From the IMG/VR virus record IMGVR_UViG_3300028902_000450: DNA of 52,754 nt. The stretch is one strand, 5' to 3'. This document shows, piece after piece, positions 16,516 to 23,049 of this stretch. The notes under the pieces were generated by a model. It made no database searches. It saw only the letters and a program-made list of their open reading frames with translations, and was not told where the DNA came from. This DNA comes from a virus. A program made the position numbers and the translations under genes. Every line of letters starts with the position of its first letter. The first letter of the stretch is position 1.

Positions 16516-16543
16516 ATTATACACCCGTTTTCAACGTTGTCAA
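16516..16543 (-). promoter_or_regulatory. Consensus promoter TTGACA-16-TATAAT (leftward)
   Basis: The minus strand reads TCTTGACAacgttgaaaacgggtgTATAATcc. Confidence 0.75.
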
Positions 16544-16559
16544 GATAAATTAGACACTG

Positions 16560-16588
16560 TTGACAACATAGACAACATCGGTTATAAT
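16560..16588 (+). promoter_or_regulatory. Consensus promoter TTGACA-17-TATAAT (rightward)
   Basis: The plus strand reads TTGACAacatagacaacatcggtTATAAT. Its -35 box and the leftward -35 box form the inverted repeat GTTGTCAA-N16-TTGACAAC. Confidence 0.75.
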
Positions 16589-16740
16589 CTCTCCATCAAA
16601 TAAAAACGCGCGGCACGAGTGCTATCAACACTCACACCGCGCTCATCCGGTCAGTGAAATGCCCACTGACGAGACTGAGCGAATTGTAGCATAGATTCGC
16701 TTGCAGAGAATGCCGGGACGGTGCCAGCGCAGAACGGGAG

Positions 16741-16755
16741 TTGTCTACAGACAAG
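16741..16755. repeat. Variant dyad TTGTC-TACA-GACAAG
   Basis: Inside the structured early leader. Confidence 0.7.
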
Positions 16756-16815
16756 GCGCGGCGCATCTGGTCAACAACCGGCGGGACTGCCCGAACGACG
16801 GTTCGGTGTATCGCA

Positions 16816-16866
16816 CAGTGGGCGTTTCACGACCGAAAGGTCAAGTGAAATGCCCACTGTTTTTTT
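16816..16866 (+). terminator. Intrinsic terminator/attenuator enclosing the RBS and start codon of the first rightward gene
   Basis: CAGTGGGCGTTTCAC (16816-30) pairs with GTGAAATGCCCACTG (16845-59), 14 of 15 Watson-Crick plus one G-U, followed by T7 (16860-66). Confidence 0.7.
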
Positions 16867-17254
16867 GAATCCCCCCGCGTCCGACCCTGCGCTGACCGCG
16901 CGGACGTTTTCGCAAAACCCCACCCTCTTTGCCGCGCTCGAACGCCTCAAAACGCGCGGCGCGCACGGCGTCAACACCGACGCCGAAGTGCCCGGCGGCA
17001 CGGATGCCAATGACCCGCAGCCGCTTGAGCCGACAAACTCCGTCCAACCCCTGCCCTATACCGGCATCACCTTTGCCCATCGCTATCAGGTGCATACCGT
17101 GACCGCCGACGGCACCCCTGCCGAAATCATCCATGTCGCTGCCGACGACATGTGCGATGCGATTCAAACCGCGATTGCCCAACTCGTCGCGCGTCATGCC
17201 GACGGCATTCGTGTCGTTGCGTGCCGCGAATTGAAACCGCGAGGGGTCGCATGA
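16850..17254 (+). CDS. Hypothetical protein (134 aa)
   Basis: MPTVFLNPP... is the internal ATG of ORF 16721-17254. The upstream part of that ORF is the structured leader. Confidence 0.55.
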   Translation: MPTVFLNPPASDPALTARTFSQNPTLFAALERLKTRGAHGVNTDAEVPGGTDANDPQPLEPTNSVQPLPYTGITFAHRYQVHTVTADGTPAEIIHVAADDMCDAIQTAIAQLVARHADGIRVVACRELKPRGVA

Positions 17255-17529
17255 GCGAATCCCCTACCCTCTACGAAACCAATCCGCCCGCGGACACCCC
17301 CATCGTCCGCGCGTTCGTCGTCAAATTCAAAAACGCGTGGGGCGAAACCGCCTACATCGTTCTCGCGCCGGATGCGTGGATTGCCATCAGCGCCGCTGAA
17401 CGCGCGTTGAACGCCGCGCACAATGCGAGCGAATATCCGTATCGCATGGTGTTCGCGCGCGAAATCGAAGGCACCGTCGTGCGCGCGCCGGGACTGCACA
17501 TTCTCGATGCGAGCGAGGTCGGCGCATGA
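17251..17529 (+). CDS. Hypothetical protein (92 aa), apparent paralogue of the C-terminal half of 16850-17254
   Basis: ATGA coupling. FVVKFKNAWGETAYIVLAPDAWIAISAAERALNAAH compares with YQVHTVTADGTPAEIIHVAADDMCDAIQTAIAQLVARH. Confidence 0.55.
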   Translation: MSESPTLYETNPPADTPIVRAFVVKFKNAWGETAYIVLAPDAWIAISAAERALNAAHNASEYPYRMVFAREIEGTVVRAPGLHILDASEVGA

Positions 17530-17551
17530 AGATGCTCATTGGAGAAACGCC

Positions 17552-17677
17552 ATGAGACACAAACACACCTATACCTGCGGCGCGTGCCGCAGCAGCATAC
17601 AGGCGCATCGTTGGCTGCCGCTTGTGCGGCTCTACTGTTACATTTGCAATCGCACGACCTGGCACTGGCGGCGGTGA
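17552..17677 (+). CDS. Small zinc-ribbon protein (41 aa)
   Basis: MRHKHTYTCGACRSS...LYCYICNRTTWHWRR. GGAGA lies 6 nt upstream. Confidence 0.5.
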   Translation: MRHKHTYTCGACRSSIQAHRWLPLVRLYCYICNRTTWHWRR

Positions 17678-17725
17678 GAACGCGCGCCGCGCGTGACCAT
17701 TCCAATCCAAAAAGGAGAAATTACC

Positions 17726-18148
17726 ATGAATAGCAAAATCACCGTTTTAGCGGTCGTCGCGCTCGTGCTGGGCGCGCTGCTGCTGTTTGGTTCATCGAAC
17801 CTGATTGACCTCTCCACCGCATCGGTGCGCGCGGACGCGACCGTGTCCGCCGCGCAGCTCGGCATCAAACTGAACGACGCGCGCGGCGTGATTGCGCCGA
17901 CGCTGGTCGCGCTCGAAAAAGAAAAACAAGCGGCAGAGGTGGACTTGCTCGCCTCGCAAGCGCAATTGAACCGCGCGCAGGCGGGCAAAACGCAGGGCGA
18001 AACATGGATGTATGTATTGTGCCTGCTGCTGCCGATTGCGGTTGTTTGCGCGATGCTCTTGTTCGCATGGCGTTGGTTGCAACGCAGCGAACCGGATGTA
18101 ACGCGCGGCGCGCCGCATCCACCGGCAGACCCGCGCGGCGACCGCTAA
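17726..18148 (+). CDS. Membrane protein with N- and C-terminal TM helices and a coiled-coil centre (140 aa)
   Basis: MNSKITVLAVVALVLGALLLF... and ...WMYVLCLLLPIAVVCAMLLFAW. RBS AAAGGAGA. Confidence 0.6.
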   Translation: MNSKITVLAVVALVLGALLLFGSSNLIDLSTASVRADATVSAAQLGIKLNDARGVIAPTLVALEKEKQAAEVDLLASQAQLNRAQAGKTQGETWMYVLCLLLPIAVVCAMLLFAWRWLQRSEPDVTRGAPHPPADPRGDR

Positions 18149-18159
18149 CGACAGAGACA

Positions 18160-18753
18160 ATGCCGATGGAAACCATCTCTATCGCCCTGTGCGGAAAAAA
18201 GACGCGGCGCGGCAACTGCAAAATGCGCCTTACCGCCGACGGCAAGTGCGGCATTCACGACCTCACTGACCTTTCTGCGCGCAACGCCGCGGTCGCACAA
18301 GCGTTTCGCGAACGCCATCCCGACGCGTTTCACGCGCAGCGTTCGAGCGCAGGCAAACGCGGATTCGCCCGAACCGGAATCGCACAGTGGGAAATCGCGA
18401 CGAACGAAGCGCGCTTGTACCGGTTGGCGCATCCGAGCGAACCCGAACAACTGCTCGGCGCCGTGCTCGCCGATTTCGGCATTTGCGTTCTGATGGAACG
18501 CGAGTACGTCATTGACGGCGACCCGCGCGCGGTAGATGTGGCGTTTCCCTATCAGAGATGTTGTATCGAATGCACGGAGCGTCCCGACCGCGCGTCATTC
18601 GGACGCAACGACAAACGCGCGGCGAAACGCGCGTGGCTTGAAGCGTTGGGCTGGAGCGTGCATTACTTTTATTATGCCGCGGACTATGAAACCGAAGTGC
18701 GGCGGCTGCAAACGTTTCTCGCCGCGCACGGCATCATCGTGCCCGAAACCTAG
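18160..18753 (+). CDS. PD-(D/E)XK, Vsr/DUF559-like endonuclease-fold protein (197 aa)
   Basis: EYVIDGDPRAVDVAFPYQRCCIECTE....KRAWLEALGWSVHYF follows the DUF559/Vsr core pattern. The N-terminal segment is Cys-rich. Confidence 0.5.
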   Translation: MPMETISIALCGKKTRRGNCKMRLTADGKCGIHDLTDLSARNAAVAQAFRERHPDAFHAQRSSAGKRGFARTGIAQWEIATNEARLYRLAHPSEPEQLLGAVLADFGICVLMEREYVIDGDPRAVDVAFPYQRCCIECTERPDRASFGRNDKRAAKRAWLEALGWSVHYFYYAADYETEVRRLQTFLAAHGIIVPET

Positions 18754-18823
18754 TTTCGGCGGATAAAATTCACGCGCCGCGTACGCGCGGCGCGTGATAC
18801 ACTTTTGCAGAGAGGAACAAACA

Positions 18824-19177
18824 ATGAGCATATTGATTCTTGAATTCGTGGAACTCGAAGATTTTGTTGCCGAACTGCGCGAACGCGGCATGAAAAGCGT
18901 GCGCATTGAAATCGAATCGGCTTCGGGCGAACCGCGCGGCGAATTTCACAATGCGCCGCACACCGCGACCGCCGTCGTGACCGCGTTGCTCACGGTCAAT
19001 GAGCGTCATTCGGCAATCGTCCGTTGGGAACGGACGCTCTTGGTCACGGATTCGATTTCGCTGCGGATGGAGCGCGAGCAATCGCGCGAAAAAATGTTTG
19101 CGAATTTTGAAAAAGTCAAAGCGGAACTGACGACGCTCGGTTTCGCGGTCGCACGCGGGCAGTGGAAAATATCGTGA
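18824..19177 (+). CDS. Hypothetical protein (117 aa)
   Basis: MSILILEF... follows AGAGAGGAAC. Confidence 0.55.
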   Translation: MSILILEFVELEDFVAELRERGMKSVRIEIESASGEPRGEFHNAPHTATAVVTALLTVNERHSAIVRWERTLLVTDSISLRMEREQSREKMFANFEKVKAELTTLGFAVARGQWKIS

Positions 19178-19258
19178 CGCGGCTCTTCTCCTCCTGCGTG
19201 GGCGTGCCGTCAAGCGGGGCGGCGCGCCCACGTCAACCAATTTGAAAGGACAATCCGG

Positions 19259-19594
19259 ATGGAAAAAAAGGACAAGCACACACAGGGCGAATGGTGGGTG
19301 CCGGACTATACGCCAATCGAATCCGTCGTCGCGGGCCACCCGAGCGACCCAAACATCATTTGCGTAGTAAGACCGAATGACATCCTGACGATTCAGGATG
19401 ACGCACAATGCGACGCCAACGCGCACCTCATCGCCGCCGCGCCCGAACTTCTCAACGCGTGCGACCGCGCGGTATTGGCAATCGAATCACTGATGGATGA
19501 ACTCGGCAACAAACGCCCGACAGACTGGGGCATGGTCAATGCTGCAATGATTGCGCTTGGCAAAGCGCGCGCCAAAGCGCGCGAAACCAATTGA
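19259..19594 (+). CDS. Hypothetical phage protein (111 aa)
   Basis: It contains NAHLIAAAPELLNAC, a motif common in small phage proteins of unknown function. Confidence 0.6.
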   Translation: MEKKDKHTQGEWWVPDYTPIESVVAGHPSDPNIICVVRPNDILTIQDDAQCDANAHLIAAAPELLNACDRAVLAIESLMDELGNKRPTDWGMVNAAMIALGKARAKARETN

Positions 19595-19601
19595 TTGTCC
19601 T

Positions 19602-19841
19602 ATGCCGCGCGTTTTGCCCCTCAAAGACGAAATCGAGACCGCCGTGCAATTGCTGCGCGCGTCCGGGCTCGAACGCGCGGCGAACCGGCTCGAACGCGCG
19701 TCCGCGAACGTGTTGAAACCGCGCGGCGCGTCCAAACAAGCAAAACGCGTGCGCTTGACGCAGCTGCGTTTCAACGGCAAGAAACTCAAAACGCGCGGCG
19801 CGCTCGTTGTCGCGCCCGAACAAATCGAGGAAATGAAATGA
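19602..19841 (+). CDS. Hypothetical protein (79 aa)
   Basis: Internal ATG (MPRVLPLKDE) of ORF 19551-19841. Confidence 0.45.
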   Translation: MPRVLPLKDEIETAVQLLRASGLERAANRLERASANVLKPRGASKQAKRVRLTQLRFNGKKLKTRGALVVAPEQIEEMK

Positions 19842-20113
19842 GCGAAACCGACGCGCTCGAACGCGTGCACGCGATGTATGTCCGCCGGTTGCCGCAAGCG
19901 TCCGCGACGTGGGACTGGCTCAAGAAAATCGAATTTGTCGCCAACGCGCGTTCGCCGCTTGTCGAGGCAGTTCAATCCCTGCGCGCGCAGGGCATCGTGC
20001 CGGTCTGCAATTTCATGCAGGCGCTGCCCGGAGACCAATACAAAATCATTCTGACGCGTGCGCAATTAGAACACGTCATCGCGGAACATTATCACATCGA
20101 GAAAAAGACATGA
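19838..20113 (+). CDS. Hypothetical protein (91 aa)
   Basis: MSETDALERV... with ATGA coupling to the upstream gene. Confidence 0.5.
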   Translation: MSETDALERVHAMYVRRLPQASATWDWLKKIEFVANARSPLVEAVQSLRAQGIVPVCNFMQALPGDQYKIILTRAQLEHVIAEHYHIEKKT

Positions 20114-20268
20114 TGATTCTCTATTACAAATCCAACACTGCGACCGCAAAACTGCACGTGGACAACCGCTCGAATCCCGCGCAGATAGACGCGCTGATGG
20201 CGCGTGATGGTTTTGTCCGCTGCTCGCGCGTATGTGCATGGGCACGACATCCCCGGCGGCAACGATGA
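20110..20268 (+). CDS. Possible small protein (52 aa)
   Basis: MMILYYKSNTATAKLHV... with an ATGA overlap. Its 3' part overlaps 20207-20449. Confidence 0.3.
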   Translation: MMILYYKSNTATAKLHVDNRSNPAQIDALMARDGFVRCSRVCAWARHPRRQR

Positions 20269-20449
20269 CAACCTGCCCGTCATTAGCTCGATGAACGGGA
20301 TGCAAGTCGAATCGAGAGCGACCATTCAGCCAAATCACGTTTGGCTGGGCGTGAGCGAGGAGCCAACGCCTGCCGAAGTGCTGCGCGTGGAGCAAGCGCA
20401 GGCGGTCGAAGCGGTGAAGGCAGTCGCGACAAAGTACGCGAGTGAGTAA
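20207..20449 (+). CDS. Possible small protein (80 aa)
   Basis: ORF 20204-20449. It may be joined to 20110-20268 by a frame change. Confidence 0.35.
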   Translation: MVLSAARAYVHGHDIPGGNDDNLPVISSMNGMQVESRATIQPNHVWLGVSEEPTPAEVLRVEQAQAVEAVKAVATKYASE

Positions 20450-20544
20450 CGAATCGCGCTCGAACGCGTTCAACGCAACAATTTTTTCAAGAGATTGCCA
20501 TTTTGAGCGCGTTCGCGTGATAGAATATGAATGAGGAGACCCAA

Positions 20545-20778
20545 ATGAAAACCAACCTTACCGACAAACAATTCAAACTCGCGCGAGCGTTCGAGCGCGC
20601 AGGACTCTGTACCATCTCGCAAGCGGTGAAAGCATTCGAGAGACAGGATGACGTGCAAATCGAGCTTTGGAAAAAGCAGCTCGCCAAATGGCAAAAGAAG
20701 CGGGATGCCGAAATCGCGGAGGCGATGCGCGCGGCAGATGAGTTGACGAACCATGGGCGAAACGAGCCGGGCGCATGA
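20545..20778 (+). CDS. Hypothetical protein (77 aa)
   Basis: MKTNLTDKQF... follows GAGGAGACCCAA. Confidence 0.55.
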   Translation: MKTNLTDKQFKLARAFERAGLCTISQAVKAFERQDDVQIELWKKQLAKWQKKRDAEIAEAMRAADELTNHGRNEPGA

Positions 20779-20818
20779 ATGTTTCCCGTTGGGAAACTTC
20801 AGTTTTGCGCAGCAAAAC

Positions 20819-21145
20819 ATGAAGCAACGCATTTTGCTTGACCAAGCGGGCTTGCGGCGTCTCGCACTAATTTCCGCGAACAAAAATGATTATGCCGATG
20901 TGCGGCATTACTATGCTGCCACCGACACGCGCGCCATTGTCGTCGCGCGCAACGGCATGAAACTTGGCGTGCAGCTCGCCAACCAAGTCGCCGACGCGGA
21001 AGTGGCGACCGACGCCGGGACGCGCGGCTTTGTCTTTGAGCGTAATGAAGACAAACTGCACTCGAAGGCAACCATCTTTCGCACCGTGCGCGCTCGCTAC
21101 GACATTACGCTGTCGCAATTTCTGAATGATGCGCCGAAGGAGTAA
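20819..21145 (+). CDS. Hypothetical protein (108 aa)
   Basis: Internal ATG (MKQRILLDQ) of ORF 20753-21145. Confidence 0.5.
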   Translation: MKQRILLDQAGLRRLALISANKNDYADVRHYYAATDTRAIVVARNGMKLGVQLANQVADAEVATDAGTRGFVFERNEDKLHSKATIFRTVRARYDITLSQFLNDAPKE

Positions 21146-21457
21146 CAAGTAGTTGCGCCGTCGTTTTCTTGTCCCATCTCGCACAGGTTGACATCAACCT
21201 GTGCGGGCACCCTGTCACGAATAAGATTTTGAACGATGCCTGTTCGACCCTGCGGAACCACGCAAAGAGTTCTGGCAAGGGGACGGACTCGCGATTGCCG
21301 CTCGCCCGCGCGGTGGAGTGCGCGGGCGAGCATCAACGGGGATACGCAAGTGTCGCTTGATGCTTTGGAATTTTGCCGTATCGAGTATCGTTCGAGCGAT
21401 GTGTAACCGATTGCGGGACATCCCGTATGTATCCAAGACAAAAAGGAGACCCAACCA

Positions 21458-21766
21458 ATGGCACAAAAACTTACCTCTTACGATATTCCGAAAGACCTGC
21501 GTGACCGTATCAATGCAATGAGCGACGCAGAAATTAAAGCATTGCAAGATACCGTCAAACTTCCCGGTCATATGACAGACAAGGAAATAGATCCGGTGGT
21601 TTGGTGGGCGTGCGAAACCGCATTGCGCGGCAACGGCGTTCCGCGAAAACGTAATCCGCTTGGTTTGAGTGACGAGGGATACGCGTCCTTGTCTCAAATG
21701 CTCAAAGAAACCAAAGTCCCGTTGCCGCCGCCTGAAACAGTAGAAGCCGACTTGAATTCTGATTAA
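21458..21766 (+). CDS. Hypothetical protein (102 aa)
   Basis: The ATG follows AAAAGGAGACCCAACCA. Confidence 0.6.
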   Translation: MAQKLTSYDIPKDLRDRINAMSDAEIKALQDTVKLPGHMTDKEIDPVVWWACETALRGNGVPRKRNPLGLSDEGYASLSQMLKETKVPLPPPETVEADLNSD

Positions 21767-21771
21767 AATAG

Positions 21772-21808
21772 AAACGCGTCAAGTCATGACTGGCTTGACG
21801 CGTTTTGG
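21772..21808. terminator. Bidirectional hairpin between convergent genes
   Basis: AAACGCGTCAAG-tcatgactgg-CTTGACGCGTTT, with A-rich sequence before and TTTT after. Confidence 0.65.
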
Positions 21809-21902
21809 AAAGCTGCTATACTTTTTGCAGGTTTCACGAGGATACTGCAAGAAACATTTCTCGCTTTTTCAGTTCGTTCGATCCGCCGAAACCTGCGCCC
21901 GC

Positions 21903-22535
21903 TCATCCTTGAGCGGTTTTCTTTTTGCGCGCCTCCTTCACCTGTTTGTTAAAGTCGCGTATCCACTGCCGTTCCTCATCGTCGAGCCAGCCCCAATTCC
22001 CCTGCCCGCCGTAGAGCTGGTAGAACCGCTCCACGTCCGAGAGGTTGATGACATCATGCGGCATATCCCCAAAGAGGTTGAGAATCGTTTCCATCTCTTC
22101 ACAGTGCGCGAACGCGCGGAGGTATTCTGCCCCCATCTCGTGACCGGGCGGGACGATCCCCGAAATGACCGACAGCACGCCTGCCTTTTCAGGATTGGTG
22201 AGAAGGGTGGCGCACGCGCGGATTTCGTCGAGCGACGCGTCGGGATTGCGCTTGACAAGTTTCATCAGGCGCGCCGCGCGTTCGAGTTCAATCAGCATGC
22301 GGTTCTTTTTCAACCATTCGAGCGGCGGCGGGACCGCGCTCGTCGGCTGTGCGCAGTAAATCGTCGGATTGCTAAAGCACCGCAGCATGGTTTCAATCAT
22401 CACGCGCCCGCGATGGTCTTCTCTTGCTGAAAGTTTTGGCGGTTCGGATTCGGTTTGCGCTTCGGTCACACCAAACACATTCAAACCGAATGCGGCAAAG
22501 AGGTTTGGCTGCTGTGATTTATTCCGCGTTTTCAT
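21903..22535 (-). CDS. Hypothetical protein (210 aa)
   Basis: ORF 21903-22712. The start at 22535 is preferred because GAGG lies 5 nt upstream. Confidence 0.6.
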   Translation of the reverse strand: MKTRNKSQQPNLFAAFGLNVFGVTEAQTESEPPKLSAREDHRGRVMIETMLRCFSNPTIYCAQPTSAVPPPLEWLKKNRMLIELERAARLMKLVKRNPDASLDEIRACATLLTNPEKAGVLSVISGIVPPGHEMGAEYLRAFAHCEEMETILNLFGDMPHDVINLSDVERFYQLYGGQGNWGWLDDEERQWIRDFNKQVKEARKKKTAQG

Positions 22536-22983
22536 CTTCGCCTCGCATTCCATAATGGTCTGTGTGTTCGTGCCGGCATTTTGCGCACGCCCCGTCTTGG
22601 TCTGCAACAAAACTGTCTTCGACGTTGCAGCACTCGCAATCGTTGTCTTCCTTGAATTCAAGTACACCGCGCGCGGCGTATTCGATTGCGCGGTCCCATT
22701 CCTTGCCCCCAATCCAATAATCCTTCATCGAATCGGCGAGCTCGTCGAGAGCGTCTTTGGTGAGTTCGCTCACGTCATAGCCCGCGTTCTCGAAGATGTC
22801 CTTGTCAATGATGAAGGTGATGTGCGTCCACGTCGCGCGTTCCTCCGGCGTTTGCGACATGGCGCGCAGCAGGATGTCGAGCGAACATTCCAATTCGTAA
22901 GCGTGTCCGGGCGTGATACCGTCCAATGCGCGTATTGCTTGTTTCATTTCCGCGATTTGCTGTTGCTCTTGTTCGGTAAGCAT
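22519..22983 (-). CDS. Hypothetical acidic protein (154 aa)
   Basis: ORF with a Cys/His cluster near the C-terminus (CECC..CAKCRHEH). Confidence 0.6.
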   Translation of the reverse strand: MLTEQEQQQIAEMKQAIRALDGITPGHAYELECSLDILLRAMSQTPEERATWTHITFIIDKDIFENAGYDVSELTKDALDELADSMKDYWIGGKEWDRAIEYAARGVLEFKEDNDCECCNVEDSFVADQDGACAKCRHEHTDHYGMRGEDENAE

Positions 22984-23000
22984 GATTGTTTCCTTTGTCT

Positions 23001-23040
23001 AAAGCGAAACTGCCTGCCACAATCACTTGTGGCAGGCAGT
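23001..23040 (-). terminator. Intrinsic terminator after the sliding-clamp gene
   Basis: Perfect 14-bp stem ACTGCCTGCCACAA/TTGTGGCAGGCAGT with loop TCAC, then TTCGCTTT on the minus strand. Confidence 0.65.
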
Positions 23041-23049
23041 CGTCTGAAA

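Larger units (their letters stand above)
16595..16866 (+). ncRNA. Candidate structured leader or attenuator RNA (~270 nt) of the rightward early operon
   Basis: It lies between the consensus promoter and an intrinsic terminator. Stems: 16608-16642, 16650-16670, AGCGAAT/ATTCGCT, TTGTC/GACAA, CCGAAC/GTTCGG. The TSS position is inferred. Confidence 0.45.

Noticed and set aside
16721-16849. N-terminal 43 codons of ORF 16721-17254
   Set aside because: This stretch coincides with the hairpin-dense leader and runs through the 5' arm of the terminator. The internal ATG at 16850 has an AGG-containing spacer and begins protein-like sequence.
20495-20526. Promoter TTGCCA ... TAGAAT upstream of 20545
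   Set aside because: The spacer is 20 nt, outside the usual 16-19 range, and the alternative -10 (GATAGA) is weak. It was not called.
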